From the NCBI RefSeq assembly GCF_009914755.1, contig NC_060930.1: DNA of 64,000 nucleotides. One strand, given 5' to 3'. Positions within the stretch are counted from its first letter, which is position 1; the number at the start of each line of letters is the position of its first letter. This document shows positions 48,600 to 63,379 of the stretch, piece by piece. The position numbers and the translations under genes were made by a program. Source of the stretch: the human T2T-CHM13v2.0 reference genome, Homo sapiens. The notes beneath the pieces are model-generated. The model was not told the DNA's origin. It was given only the letters and a program-made list of their open reading frames with translations, and ran no database searches.

Positions 48600-48840
48600 C
48601 TGAGAAGGTTCTGGAGGACATAAGAACACACAAGCCCATGTTTCACCAGCCATTGTGCAATATCTTCACACGCCATGTATCGTAGCCTCTGGAAAACCCT
48701 AGGGCACTCTCTTGTGAGAGTGATGGTGAAAAGAGGAAATACTGTCTTAGTATTATTATGAAATAGTTTCAACCTCACAGACCCCTGAGAGGGTCATGGA
48801 GACCCCAGGGATCCACACACCACATCATGAGAACACTACT
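48600..48840. mobile_element. Charlie1b-like hAT terminal fragment
   Basis: GTCTTAGTATTATTATGAAATAGTTT ... GACCCCTGAGAGGGTC ... CCACATCATGAGAACACT. Confidence 0.6.
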
Positions 48841-49749
48841 CTAGATGACTTCCTTTGATCTTGAAGGCAGAATCCAGGAAGAAAAAAAAAAAAAAAATCA
48901 AGGCCCAGGGAGCCTGGGCTTTCCCACAGCCTTGGGGCTTCCAACCAGGGTTGGGAGGTGCGTTTTTACCAGGAAGAGCCTCCTCCACACTCACAGGCCT
49001 TCTGCAGCTGCAGGCTTCCAAACCAGAAAGGACATTCGAGGCAGCCACATGGCACGCTTGCTTCTCCGCAGCTTTCTCTCCGTTCCTGGGGACATGTTCC
49101 ACCTCACTGACAACCCTTCACATGTGCACGCCATTCTGGAGATGGGTCATAAACATTTGAACTATATTGGCTCAATAATGGGGACATTTTGGCTCCAGAC
49201 TGTGCTGAACTTTGCCCATTCCAGAAATATCCCGTAAGACATTCCCAAGGCACTGAATGATGCAAACCACATTTATCCACTTACGATGGACAAAAATGTG
49301 ACTGCAAAGCAGAACCTCAGCTTCTTCCCAGATAAAAGAGATGATGTGGACGGTGTTCATAATACAAAACTTCCATTTCCCCTTACTTGAAAACAACTTC
49401 CCATGGCTCACGACAGACTCCTGAAGTTTTAAGAATGATTTAGTGTAGAATCAATATCAAGCACCTCCTGTACCCTCTGCCCTCACGCGTGGGAGCAGGA
49501 TACGGTCCAGCAGATGGCGTCATCCCCATGCTTCAGGAGTTTTGCAAATACTAATATTAACAGGCATAGCAGAAAAGCAGTAGTAACATGTCTGCGTCAC
49601 TTATTATAGGCACAGTCATCAAGCATTAGCATTTACTCTACACATACTTTTTTAAAATTCTGCAATTTATTGGCATAGGACAGTGAGCAGTCATTCCACC
49701 CAGTCTCCTTAAGCAGTATTCCTCTTTCTATCTTATTAGCCAGCTTTCT

Positions 49750-50138
49750 ATCTGGATTCGTGTGCTCCGGCTTCCGTAACAAATATCAGACACTGGGGGC
49801 TTAGACAACAAGCATTTATCCTCTCACAGTCCTGGAGGCTGGAAGTCTGATACCAAGAGGTGGGCAGGGTTGGTTTCTCCTGGTGCTCCTCTCCTTGGCT
49901 TGCAGATGGCGTCTTCTCTCTGTGTCTTCAAATGACCTTCCCTCTTAGTGTGTCTGTGTCCTCATTTCTTCTCCTTTTAAGGACAGCGTCTAAATTGGAT
50001 TAGGGCTCACCCAAAGGCCTCATTTTAACTTAATTGCCTCTTTTAAGACTCTATCTCTAAATACCGTCACATCCTGAGGTCCTGAAGGTTAGGGCTTCAA
50101 CATATGAGCTCTGGGGAGGCCAAATCCAACCCCTAACA
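49750..50138 (-). mobile_element. MLT1B-like MaLR solo LTR
   Basis: ATTTATCCTCTCACAGTCCTGGAGGCTGGAAGTC, TTGGATTAGGGCTCACCC, GTTAGGGCTTCAACATATGA. Confidence 0.85.
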
Positions 50139-52078
50139 TTATCTTTCCTGTATCCTTCAGTGTTCTCTTACATTTTCTCAGGGAAGACTGGGCAGCAAAC
50201 ATTATCAGCCTTGTTCACCCATGAATCAACAGGCCTTGGCAAATATTTCTGGCATGTAGCAATGGTTCCATAAATATTTGTTGAAAAGATGAAAGTTTTA
50301 TGAATGTTCACTTGTAGATCCATCAGCATCACAAACATAAAAATATTACAACCTAAGAATCCTATTCAAGTGACTCCATTCTATATTTTATAGCAAGAAA
50401 CAGTCATTTATTCTCATACAAAGTATCCCAAATAATTGGATCCAAAGACTGTTACACGATGCAGTTATTAAGTTTTAAATTATTTTCTGAGTGGTAACTC
50501 AAAATAATTCTACGAATTTACTTAATGTCTTTACCTCTGTTAAGGTAAGAGAACTAAATAAACTTTTGAAGTATGATTTTCAGAATGAATAATACTTTCC
50601 CATGTTGCTGAGTCAAGTTTATCTTAAACTGTGCTGTCCATGGCCTCAAGCCTTCCATACTGATAAGTGATTCTGCATGTGAACACACACTTCCACAAAC
50701 CACGGCATGTGCAGATTAAAGGAAAAGAGTTTTTGGTCAAAATTTCCCCACATATGCTCTCGAGCAATATCATTTATTATGTAAATAAGCTCCTTTAAAG
50801 CGTAAATGTTTAAAGCAGGAAACTAAGCAAATCTGGGTTGTTGGTTTTTTTTCTCTCCCTCTCTAAATAGAAAAAGGGATGCTTCTCAAGGCATACAGCA
50901 AAGTCAGGACATTTATATCTTCCATTCCATGAACTCATAAACATCTGCATTTGCATCTGGAGTTATACGGCCTGCGTATCTAAACCAAAATTCATCCGCA
51001 CGCTGTATCTGGAAAATTATTCATCAGAAAGAAAAGTATTGCAAAATGTAGCTGGCTTCTTGAATGTCATGGAAAAAATTCCTTTAAAAAATAAATAAAT
51101 AAAAGTTGTTCTGAACTCTGCAGAATTGGCAGGAAACTGAAGAAGTCCAGGATTTTTCTCTGCTGGTTTTAGTCTTCTTAAATACCGGGAGCCTTAAAAT
51201 ACCTTCACTGGGGGCAACAGAGAAAAACAGAAATAGCAGCATTGTGTCGGCCACAGTAGGCCATCCCATTCACACAGCAGCCTGCAAACAATCTCTCGTG
51301 CCACATTTAGGGAAAAACACAATTTTAGGAAATCCAAACAACCCGTAAACCCACTGACCTACAGATAACCTATTCGGCAACAATGAAACTTGGAAAAAGT
51401 AAAAGGGAAAAGAAACTCGCAAAGGAAAAAGAAGGCTTTCCTATCTCAGGAACTAAGTCAAAAGCCCAGGTATTTCAAATCCCTGCCTTCATGGGTCTGC
51501 TCTGGTTCTGAAGTCCTGTTGGGTAATTTACCTGTGCTATGTAAGTCACTATGGAAGACAGCTCAGCACCGTGGCTCTGAAGTGCAGGGAATGCCACACA
51601 CACAGCTAACGCAGAGCAACCGGTCTCCAGGACACAGACGAACCTCGAGTTAAATTTCACCTCAAAAGCATAGGGGAGCATCGAGATTGTTTGCTACATG
51701 CTCAACCACTGCAGGAAATCATGCAAAGAAAACTATTATGGAGCTTGCAGGCCCTTCCCAAGTAAGGAGACACCTCAGAGAAAGAAGACTGTCATAGCTC
51801 ATAGTGCAGACCACAGAAGGCAAAGATCCAGATAAAAACGGAGGCAAAAATCAAGCATGTGTGGACTTTTCCTAGAACCCTCCTTTGGCTGTATGAAAAG
51901 GCAGATGCAAGATGCCCCTCCATTCTGAATTTCATTCAAAACAAAAAGTATTTCAGAATTTTGTTTCCACATTCAAATTGTGATGACCTAGAAAAGCACA
52001 AAAACTTTGACTTGTTTGTTTGTTTTACTTCTCTCTTTGTCCCAGGGACAGAGGAATTTTTTTAAAATAAGGAAAATA

Positions 52079-52385
52079 GCAAAGCATGGTGGCTTACGCC
52101 TGTAACCCTAGTACTTTCAGAGGCCAAGACAGAGGGATCACTTGAGGCCAGGAATTCAAGACCAGCCTGGGCAGCATAGTAAGGCCCCCATCTCTACAAA
52201 AAAAAAATTAAAGATTATCTGGGCAGGGTTGTGCACACTTGGAGTCCCCAGCTACTCATGAGGCTGAGGCAGGAGAATCACTTGAGCCTAGGAGGTTGAG
52301 GCTGAGGTGAGCTAGGATCGTGCCACTGCACTCCAGCCTGGGTGATAGAGGGATACCGTCCCTAAAAATAAATAAAATTAAATAA
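52079..52385 (+). mobile_element. AluJ-type SINE
   Basis: Diverged dimer; AAATAAGGAAA on both flanks. Confidence 0.88.
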
Positions 52386-52974
52386 GGAAATTAGCAAACT
52401 TTCATCAAGGTATTAATATCTATACCAAAGTAAGGAAGCCAGATCTAGGCCTTGGAATAACAAGCCTGAAGAAGCAGTGTTCTCTCAAAATCAAAACAGG
52501 AAAACCTAAGAGTTTTTTAAAGAAGCTTTTTACACGAGAGAGATCTGAAGCAAAAGTGACAGTGTCCAGAGAACAGAGATGACTAGATGAAAAAGCATTG
52601 GCTGTGTCATCAGTTGCCAAATACTAAAGACCAAAAGAGGGAGCAGACCCCTCCAGGCTGTCCTGTGGGTGGTGGCAGCCCAACACCAGTGACCCCTCAC
52701 CCTAGAAGTTTCATCTCTGAGAAGACCAGGCGCACAAGACAGGGCCCAGCCCAGGCCAACCCACAGATGCTCAATCCACTGCAGGGAGAGAGCATCCCAA
52801 GGTTCCAATGCCCATCCCCATCCCTTCCACTTCTGATGAAAGTGTGTCCTGAGTAACCTACCACCCATCCACACCTCACCGAGGTCTCCTTAAAGGGTGA
52901 TCCTCCACTCACAGCAGTCTCCTTAAAGGATGGACCCTAGGGCAGACATCTTCCATTTTATTTCTCTTTTATTC

Positions 52975-53272
52975 ATTTATTTCTCATTTATTTTTGAGAC
53001 AGGGTCTCTGCCACCCAGGCTGGAGTACAGTGGCACAACCTTGGCTCACAGCAGCCTCAACTGTCCAGGCTCAAGTGATCTTCTTACCTCAGCCTCCCAA
53101 GTAGCTGGGACTACAGACACACGCCATCACGCCCGGCTTTTTTAAATGCTTTGTAGAGACGGGATGTGGCCATGTTGCCCAGGCTTGTCTCAGACTCCTG
53201 GACTCGAGTGATCCTCCCCGCTCAGCCTCCCAAAGTGCCGGGATTTGCAGGCATGAGCCGCCCTGCCCAGCC
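52975..53272 (-). mobile_element. AluJ-type SINE
   Basis: Antisense dimer; ACATCTTC on both flanks. Confidence 0.88.
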
Positions 53273-54915
53273 ACATCTTCTAGTTTAAGAGGAAGACAGT
53301 ACAATCTTGGAATTGAAACACGGACCTTCTGGATAATATTTTAAATGAGAAGCTCTCTCGAGTTGGAGAAGAGAAAAAAGGAAAATTTATGCTCAATCCA
53401 CAATAAACCAATGCTTATATTGTAAGCAGTTCATTGGTAATTGTTAGACATTTTGTGACCGATGGTCCACCCCGTGCAGTGGAGCCATAAAACAATCCCC
53501 CGATCCCCCTTAAGTTATAACAATTAAGCCAGATGGATCGTGAATGCCTCATAGATACCAATAAGACTCACTGTCATAAACTGTAACCCATCATCAGCTC
53601 TCTCCATCCATGTGCCAGGGACCCTCAGGGACAGGAAAACGAACCTCCATGGTAAAAATCAGAACACACAAGCCCTCTCTGTGCCTTCCTTACTATTGCT
53701 TCTAAAATGAAGTTTTCTCCACTCACAGGAAAATTATTACTTTTCTGTCTTAGTTTCTTTGAAATCTTTTCAACTTGACCAAAGGAGACACATGAAGAAC
53801 TAATACTTCATCCTCAATTTCCAGCCCCTCCTCCCTCACCTATTTTTCAATATATTTGCTTCACTCACTCAAATGAAATTGCCAAAACTTCACAGGTTCC
53901 AGGTCAGGACGAATGGCGAGAAGGAAGGTAGAAGTCACCAGGCGTTGCCACAGAGATCTGAGAAACTTGCTCATATTCTGTCACCCTCTGTAGATGACTA
54001 CCCAGGTCTCCTGAAAACCATGTTTTGCACCCACGGTCAAAAAACTGAGGACGACCCAGGCTTTGCATAATCTGACTGCATCGCATTCTGACAGTCCTCA
54101 AGGAATGGGGAGAGGAAATTACTTGCACCCTGAAAAAGCATCTTTGCTGACGACTGGGAACGCCAGAGGAGGTTTTATAGTAAGGTCTATAATAGAATAC
54201 TGGGACGAGCTGGGGTAGTTTTCCGCCTCAGGCTGTGCTGCCAATAAAAGCGCAGGCCAGCCCGCTGTTTTTAAGTGCCGTGGACTATGATGTCAGAATT
54301 CATTACGCACACAGGGGCTATTTACTGCCTCATAAACTTGTAGACAAGGAAATTGTTGGAGAAAAAATGGTTTCCAAAGCTTCAATGCAATCATTCATTG
54401 GGCAGTTCCCCCCAAGGACCACCAAGTCCATCTCCAAGGACTTTTCTGGCTGAAAGCAAAGTCCTGTGTCCAGAGTAGTAAAAACTCCTGGGCTCGTTCT
54501 ATTTTGAGTACTTATGCCATATCTAAGCCAGGGTTGGCCCAAGTTGAAGGGTACATCTTTAAGGGAAAGATGCTTTTCCACAGCCCCATGGCTGTGCCCA
54601 GCAGACACTCAACATGGCTAAGGTGAGAAGGGGGAGGAGGAGAGAGAAGGGTAAGAAAGGAAGGGAGCAGAGGCAGAACATCCCCACATTATTAGTCCTC
54701 TTGGTATGGGAGCAGGCAAATAGCCCCTCATCAAGGCCAACTCTTTAAAACTTGGTTTCAACTAACATTATCTATTAGGCACCACCATGCAGTGTGTTAG
54801 AGACACAGAACCCAAAACTGGGCCTGGCACCCCGCAGGCACTCAAAACATATTTGCTGAATGAATGATGAAAAAAGAAATGCCACCCCTATTCTCCAGCC
54901 TAAAGTAAAGCTGAC

Positions 54916-55270
54916 TGTATTAGTCCATTTTCATGCTGCTGATAAAGACACACCCAAGACTGGGCAATTTACAAAGAAAGAGGTTTAATGGACTTACAGT
55001 TCCACATGGTGGGGGAAGCCTTGCAATCATGGCAGAAGACAAGGAGGAGCAAGTCACATCTTACATGGATGGCAACAGGCAAAGAGACAGCACTTGTGCA
55101 GGGAAACTCCCCCTTATGAAGCCATCAGATCTCGTGAGACTTATTCACTATCAGGAGAACAGCACAAGAAGGACTTGCCCCCACAATTCAATTGCCTCAC
55201 ACCAGGTCCCTCCCACAACATGTGGGAATTCAAGATGAGATTTGGGTGGGGATACAGCCAAACCATATCA
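54916..55270 (-). mobile_element. THE1B-like solo LTR
   Basis: TGTATTAGTCCATTTTCATGCTGCTGATAAAGAC ... CAGCCAAACCATATCA; 5-bp flanks CTGAC / GTGAC. Confidence 0.92.
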
Positions 55271-55304
55271 GTGACAAAGACATCCAAATACCACCCTTCT
55301 AAGA

Positions 55305-55460
55305 CAGGCATGATTGCACACACCAGTAATCTTGGCAACTTAAGAGGCTGAGGCAGGAGGATCACTTGAGCCCAGGATTTTGAGGATGCAGTGATTTATG
55401 ATTGTGTGACTGCACTCCAACCCGGCGGGCAGAGTGAGATCCCCATCTTTGATAAAAAAT
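55305..55460 (+). mobile_element. Free Alu monomer (FRAM/FAM-like)
   Basis: Single diverged right-arm-like monomer, GAGGCTGAGGCAGGAGGATCACTTGAGCCCAGG. Confidence 0.75.
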
Positions 55461-56179
55461 ACTACCCTTCTGGGAGAAAATGCAAGTGCTTTTCCCCAGC
55501 CATCAGCAGTGTTTTTGAAGGAGCATTGGAAATTATCCCTAGTCCATCAAAAATACTGTCTATTTACTGAACGAATAGCCTACCACTGGATTTTCCCCTT
55601 TGTTTGATAAGCTGATTCCTTCATATTCATCATCCATTTCTGCTTCTTTAAGCAAGAAAATAGGAAATAAAGTATTCTTATTTGAGATAATAAATAATAT
55701 CTGTGTCTATCTTAAACTAGCAGCCAAAATAATACTTAACGATGAAATATTAGGAACATTCTCATCAAATCAAGGGACAATAAAATACCTACTGTCACCA
55801 ATATCATTTACCACTGTCTGGGCCAATGCAATAATACATGAAAGAAAAATAAGAGGCACAGTTCTTGGCAGAACCTCCCAAAACATATTCTTTGGAACAC
55901 TACTTTTCTGGAATGTTAAATAGAGTCAAACCGTTTCTTTGCTGTAAGACTTCTCAAGGCCTTAAATATCCCAACATTTGCTACGAGTCTCCAAGAGGGG
56001 AAATGTTATCCAGTGTTTCCCAACTTTTTCAACATTGAATTGATTTTTGTCCCAGAGAATATTAAAAGTCTCATGTTCCTTGGAACACTCTTTGGGAAAC
56101 TCCAGCTACATCTGTTTTTGATCTTCAGATATTTTCATCTATGTATTTAGTCAAATATACCTATCTTCTGTGAACAAAG

Positions 56180-56370
56180 GTTGTAGTTAAGAACAAGGGC
56201 TTTAGAGTCACAAAAACCAGGATTTAAATCTACATCCTCTCCTGACTAAAGGACTGAGAGAAGGTAGTTTCATCTTTTTTAACCTTCAATTTTTTCATTT
56301 GTGAGATGGAGATTATGATATCTACCTTATAAAATGTTGTGAATATTAGCTTAGATTATATATAGATGAT
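56180..56370 (+). mobile_element. MIR fragment
   Basis: GTAGTTAAGAACAAGGGCTTTAGAGTCA and degenerate core TTTTTCATTTGTGAGATGGAGAT. Confidence 0.6.
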
Positions 56371-58039
56371 TGCTTATCCTTGGGCATTCTTAAAAATTTA
56401 AACTAAAACAACAATGAGATACTACCTCTGTTATGAAATAATCAAAGCCGGAAAGGATGCAGGGAGTTGGGTCCTCTCATATCAGGGCTAGCGAGGCTGG
56501 AAATTGTTACCATTGTTGGAGAAAGAAATTTGACAGTTTAATCAAAAGCCTTAAAATCATTCACATCTGTTGATCCAGTAATTTCATGTCTAAGAAACAA
56601 AAAGATGACAAAGATGTTTATCGAAGCTTTTTTATAGTAATGACATATTGGAAAGCACATAAATCAATGACATAACTCACACTCCAGGTACTGGATACTT
56701 GCTACTTGTTGATGACCCCACCGAGGTACTTCCTATTGTGTGCAGTCGTAGGAAGGCAGTGCCGGCCCACCCAGAAACCAGGGCGGCAGAGCCTTTCTTC
56801 TCCCCAGAACAGCCAAGGGCAGGCATCTACGGCAGATTTGCCCAGTCACTGTCTCTATACCAGCACTTTGAATTCTGAGTAAAGAATTCCTAGTTATAAA
56901 TTATAAATCCTCTGTCAATTTCCTGTGTGTGCATGTGTGTAATAACACACTTTTGTTAAGTCTCACAGAGGTGTATCTAAGGATTCTTTTCAAAAAATCT
57001 TTTGGTTTTGTAAATAATTATCTCAATAATACAGAGGGAGGTTATCCATGTCATTTATTTCTGTCCTTATCTTTATTACATCCTTCCTTCTTGAATGCAG
57101 AAGACATTAGCCACGCACCCCTACCACCTCCCCACTGTCTTGGGAATTTTCTACATAAAGAGTTCTGTCTCCCAAAGTGGAACCCAGAAACTCACCTTCC
57201 CAACCTCCTGCAATTAGAATTCACACATGCAACCTAGACTCTGCCAATCAGACCCATCCATGTGAGACATCTGCTCGAAAGAAAGCAGCATGAGGAGGCA
57301 GGCACCATCCCTGGCATGTGGAATCTCCATGCTGGCCAGGGTGAGCTTAGGGGCCCTGGCACTGACAGCCAGTGTTCATGGTGCTTGGTGGTGGCAATGA
57401 CTATAGAGGGATATTTCTGCAGCTGTTTTGTGGTCAAGTTTGGTGTTATTCCTGGTGATGCAGACTTGAAAACTGACTCTATGGTCCTCCTAAAGAATCA
57501 GAGCATCTTTGTCCTTTAATAAGTAAATTTTCTGCTGAATCTAGCCAGTATGGGCTCTGTTGCTTTTAAGTAGGAACTCAGATTAACACATTGTTTCTTT
57601 GGGTTTGTTCTGCTGTCTTTGTTCTACCTTCTGAATTTAATATTAGCTTCTTTGTCATCAATTTTTCTTAATTTCTGATCATTGGTTTCAAAGCTATAAA
57701 TTTCCCTTGAAGTAAGGCTTTAGCTGCACTTTGACATGATGTGTTTTCTGTGTCAGCAGCTCTTAATTTCCCTTGTGATAAGCTTGTTAACTCAATTGTT
57801 ATTTCATAATTTGGGGGCTTTTTGATGGAGGAGGAGTGCTCCCAAATGTGTTTTTAGGCTGTTATTTTTATGTCCTTGTAATAAGCATCTAAATTTATTG
57901 CACTGTGATGAGTAAAGGTAGTTCATATCATGTTAATTCTTTGGAATTTATTGAGATTCCTTTGTAGCCTAGTACATGGTCAACTTTTTTGAGCATTTCT
58001 TATGTGCTCAAAAAAATATGCCTAGTCTGTATTCATTAC

Positions 58040-58202
58040 CACTGGTTTCCAAATTGAGTTCAGCTGACAGGCTACATCAGCCTCATATGAATCACTGTTT
58101 AAAAATAGAGTGCCCTAGACCTCACCCAAAACTACTGCATCTCAATCTCTTAGGTAAGGCTCTAGAATCTGTGTATAACCAGCACCACAGGGAATTCTAA
58201 TG
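58040..58202. mobile_element. MER5A-like hAT MITE
   Basis: CACTGGTTTCCAAATT, AGAGTGCCCTAGACCTCACCC, AGAATCTGTGTATAACCAGCACCACAGG. Confidence 0.55.
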
Positions 58203-59669
58203 GCAATTTTAGGAGGCAATCTCCTTTACTCCTACCCCACTGGGCCCTCATGTTCAGACAGGATCAGACTTCAGACGTATAATTTCAGACAAATAGGATC
58301 CTAACATCTTAAAGAAAGAGATTTCACATCCTCTTATGCTGAGTTTTTCTGACATTCAAGGTCATCTATATTAGATTACTCTTCCTTATCTCCACCCTAA
58401 ATGCCTCATGCTAATATATCAACCCACCACTGTCTATTTGACATGCATGGATGCATGCTCCTTCCTTCCTAAAGACTCAGATTCCATTTATTAATCCCAT
58501 GAGACATGTTAGACCCTAAGACCGTGTGATTTAGGGGAGGTTAACCCCATTCCCCCCTTCACAGGAGCATCCTGAGTAGCCCAAGTCAGCTCCACCGCAC
58601 TTGCCTATGATTGGCATAGGTAATCTATAAGTGTCTTTTCCCTGGAGACTGTTGCTTGTCCAGGGAGAAGCATGGATCTAAACTGGCCCCAAAAAATAAA
58701 GACAGGAGAACCTTCATGCCACTGATAAAGGATATAATTTTTTTCTATTTATAACCTTTTGGATATAAACAACAAAATCACATACTTTCACTGACACTAT
58801 CTTACAACCAGAACATAAATGAGTTCTAGGATGAAATGGATTCTATAACCATCAAAGTAGAAAATTAGAAAGAATTTGAGTCCTTTGTGATACCACTGAG
58901 CTGCTAACACAACCCACTCCAAAACTTGCCCAACTCCAAGACTTCCTGCTACGTGAGATGATGACTTAGCGTTCCTGCCTCCATAAGCAAGGATTTCTGT
59001 TGCTTGCAGCCTAAAGCATCCTACCTGATACTCTTCATTCTCTTTCACTGTGGGTTAAAAATTCAACAAGCCACTTTGGATTTGGGAGGTATGAATCTTT
59101 CACCAACTCAGACAACAACTAAAATCCCTCTTCAGCCTTCTCAAAACCTAATGCTTCTCAACCCTGTAAGCTTTCATCATAAGTGCCCTCCTTTGTCCCT
59201 TTAATCAGTCACAGTTCTCTTCTGTATCACGCAAGGTTCCAGGTCCTTCCCCAGGATGCTGAATTCCAGACATGGATGCATTATCTAGCACGGTTTGGAT
59301 ACTGCCAAACTTTATAAGAATTTCCTCCAATCTGTCGCATATGTATACTAATGCTATGGCCAGATTTCAGGGGCTACAGAGTTTAGCAATAATGTGACTG
59401 TGTCTGAAACGGAAAAAGTCAACATATCTACAAATGGGTGCCACTTAAATTTGAGTGGCTCATGTCGAAATGGAGACAGTCAGGTGCTGTGGAAAGCATA
59501 GCAAGCGACTGTGGCTGTAACAGAATGGTGGGTATTTCAGGGGTGACTGCCTAGGAAAAGAAGAGCCCAAGAGTCAGACATGGTCACTGTGTATCAACAC
59601 TCTCTCTTTCTGAACAACCAGCATCTAGAGTGGAGAAGGGCAATGGGGGAGGCTCTCTGGTCCTCTGAT

Positions 59670-60072
59670 GTCCTTTGAATGTCCCAATGGCATTTCTTAG
59701 GGCCTTTGCATGTCCTGCTCCCTCTGCCTCTGACCTTCCCATAGCTAGCTCCTCTCCATTCTCAAGTCTCAGACCAATGTCTTCCCAGAGAAGGCTTTCC
59801 TGATCACCCCCAATGTCCATTTGTCTATCACATCACCCTCATTTACCATGATCATGGACTGACTTTCTTGCTTAGGTACTGCCGTCCCCATACCACTTCT
59901 CTCTATCTGAAAGCTTTTGCATATTTGCTTGTTGTCTATCCAATCCCCCAAATTTAAGCTTTGAAAGTGGAGACCTTGACTGTTTTCTCTGAATGTTTCC
60001 CCAGCACTTAGACCAGTGCCTGGCCAAGTAGGCGCTTAAAAAATATTTGTGGGACTAAGGAATTGGATGATA
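59670..60072 (+). mobile_element. L2 3' fragment
   Basis: CTTAGGGCCTTTGCATGT, AGAGAAGGCTTTCCTGATCACC, CCCCAGCACTTAGACCAGTGCCTGGC..GTAGGCGCT..AAATATTTGT. Confidence 0.8.
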
Positions 60073-62354
60073 AAATGAGAACTCCTGGGCCTAGGTCAGC
60101 CCCAGCCTCCAAAAATGTTGTCAGTACCCCGTGTCTGTGTCCTCTGCTCCCTCCTGTACACTGGCCCCAGTGTCTTCCATTGTACATGAGCTTCACCTAG
60201 AAACCAGAGGAGTGATGATGTGGCCATGCACAGTTCCAAGTGTGTATCCTTAATGCTCATAATCCCAGAGGGAAAAGAGTGAGCCTCTCTCTCATTGCCT
60301 TTACTAACAATCCCAGGGAAACACTCTATGTGACAGAGGGTGACCCTGTGCCTAGACTTGGCCAAGTACTGTGGCCAGAGGACAGGTAGAATAGACATGC
60401 ATAGGTCACATGACTCTCTACGTCTAGGGTGTCATAGCAGTGTGGCTACACTAGGACAACACTGAATGGGAGAAACAGAGTTCTCTCTAAGGATACGAAG
60501 ATGCTCTCACCAGTAGAAAGAAGAAATGTCAGGCAAACCAAAGAACCAAACATCTGCAAAATTCTCCAGATGTAGCAAGATATTTACATTCATATCCTAT
60601 CTTCCAGCATACTGCCCTCTTTCCAAATTCCCCATGATTAATGACAATGTCAAACTGCATTGGCCTTAGGGTTGACTTTCAATCTTCCATGACTCCACTT
60701 TTCTCAGTTCCAAAGAGCAAGGGTGACTTCTACCTCTTCCTCTTTAAAAGATTAATAGGAGATTTGCCAAGTTGTTTATGTTTTCTAGAAAAAACAGTGA
60801 ATAGCAAGTAAACGCTGTGCAGGTTATCACATAAAAAGAAAAATAAATTTAGAATCTTTAAAAATAAATTAAATTCTCAAAGTAATATTTAAAACTTTAA
60901 AAACTAGTTAATATTTATGATATTTTGTTACATAAGAAAAATAGGCTAAGGAAAGATGGGGAAAGAATCCTACTTTTGTAATGTGATTATATTTATATAA
61001 AGAAAAACAAAAAATAAATCATGGCTTCATGATGACTCTCATGGACCAAGGCACTTATGCCTTCATGGGTCACTTCATCCCCAAAATATTAAAAATCGCA
61101 TATTTTTGAAGGTGTTACTATAAAGACAAATATATTAATCTTACTTAAAAAAAAAAAGAAGTCATTTAAATGGCAGTCTTGAAGGTAACTTGAATGATGC
61201 ATATGAACTCCTTGGCATTATTTGAGTAACCTTATTTCCTCTATTTTCATCAATTGAAATTCCACTTTTAACTCAAGGTATAAAAGTGAATTGCGCTATG
61301 TCATTGTGCTAGGAGAGTTTTAAAAAATTAGAAAAGTGAATGAAAACTTGAAGAAAAAGTGCAAATAATAAAGGCCAGAAGAAATGTTTTCAAGTGGTGT
61401 TATGACACTGCCAGCTCCAATTCTCACTTTGTAGAGACATCCAAAGTCTAGACATCAATCAGTTTTGGCCTCAAAATAATATCCTAGTTAGAAAGGGTTC
61501 AGGAATACATTATAATGAATTTGAGACACCCAAAATTGCTTATTATTTTTCCATTGCTATGAAATTACACATTCTGGTGTTAGCAAATAAAAACAAAATG
61601 AAACAAACAAAAAGAATAAATTTATTCTCCAGTCATGCTTACCTACTCTATACAGCTATATTCTTTCCCTTTTTATTAAATTCCTATTGCCATAAAATGC
61701 TTAACTCAACTGCATATTTTTTGTAACTGATTTACAAATGGAAAGGTTTCCTGTCTTGGATCTCTTCTGAGAGCCCTCCAACTGCAGAAAAGTTTTCCAT
61801 AGGTAGAAACCACAAAACAAAAGAAGTTTATTAAATTCCTTTTTAGCCGAGCTCAGTAAGGCAGATTCCCTCAGGCCAATGCCAACATACGCCCTTCCAC
61901 CTACACCAAGCATCTTACCAGAGATGGGTGATGGATGCATAAACCTTCTTTCCAGATGGAAAATTCTCCTAAAGAGAATCTGCCACTCCTTGCCTCTTTC
62001 GCTTGTCCCTTTCTCTGCCACCAGCACAGACTGTCATTCTGTCCCCTCACTCAGACAGGCACGGCTACCCACAGGTTCTACAGAGTCCCCTGCCTCCCTC
62101 AGCCTCCATCCCCAAATCCTGTCTGCCCAACTGGCCTGCTTAGCTTTCCACACCCATTTTGTTCCAAAACATGGGTTTCTGGAGGTTTTGTTTATATTTT
62201 CGGGTCCCCAAACAGCCTTCCCTTTCAAGGGAGAAAAAAAACTTTAGGAGCCCCCCTCCCCTTCTGCTGAATGAAAAGCTGACATATGGTAACCGCTCAC
62301 AGCTTCTCAGGTGCTTGACATATTTTATAATAGGTCTAGAGACTTGAAGAGTAA

Positions 62355-62708
<354 letters not shown>

Positions 62709-63379
62709 CGGGTCTGTCTTTTTTAAAGCCAAAAACTAGTCACCGCTGCAACACTGTTAGGATGCTGCTGCTGAAGGCCCCACCGGCATTCTCCCTCGCT
62801 AACGAAGAACCAACAAGGACCAAACGAAGGGGACATTTGCTTCTCCCAAAAATAGATTACCCATCCAACTGAGAAAATTAAAGGTTGACTCTAGTCTGTG
62901 TCCATGTTGATAGGGAAAGTTACTGCGGTACTAAGGTACCGTAGAAGAGACGGCCTAGTTGGACGTAAAAACACTTTGGCCACCAGCCTGGAGGTAAAAC
63001 CCAAGCTACAAAAGCCAGTAATTAAAAGAAGAGTGAAAATGATCTGAGATAAAAGCTATTTTGTGCGGATCGTTTTAAGAGTTAAGAGTTTATGTGAATG
63101 GTTTATTTAAATGGCTATAAAACTGCAAAGGTGTTTATATATGTAAAATATGCATATTGGAGGAAGTCGGCCGGCAGCTTCACCCTCCTGCGGGAAAATG
63201 CAAAGTCCATCACCAATAGTCGGTCTACCGCAGAGAAGTCTGCAAATCCCAGGGGCCTGGAACTCTAAAAAGGCCATTCAAGCCTCAGGTGGACTCCACG
63301 TTTCTCCATTTCCCTGCCCTTCCGCTTTTCTTTCCTTAACAAGCTTCTTATAACATTTGCGTTTGATGAGGTTCAAGAG

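Noticed and set aside
58500-59030. Probable old MLT1-type LTR relics here and near 9000-9600, 13150-13520 and 60200-60540
   Set aside because: Too degenerate to delimit or classify by eye.
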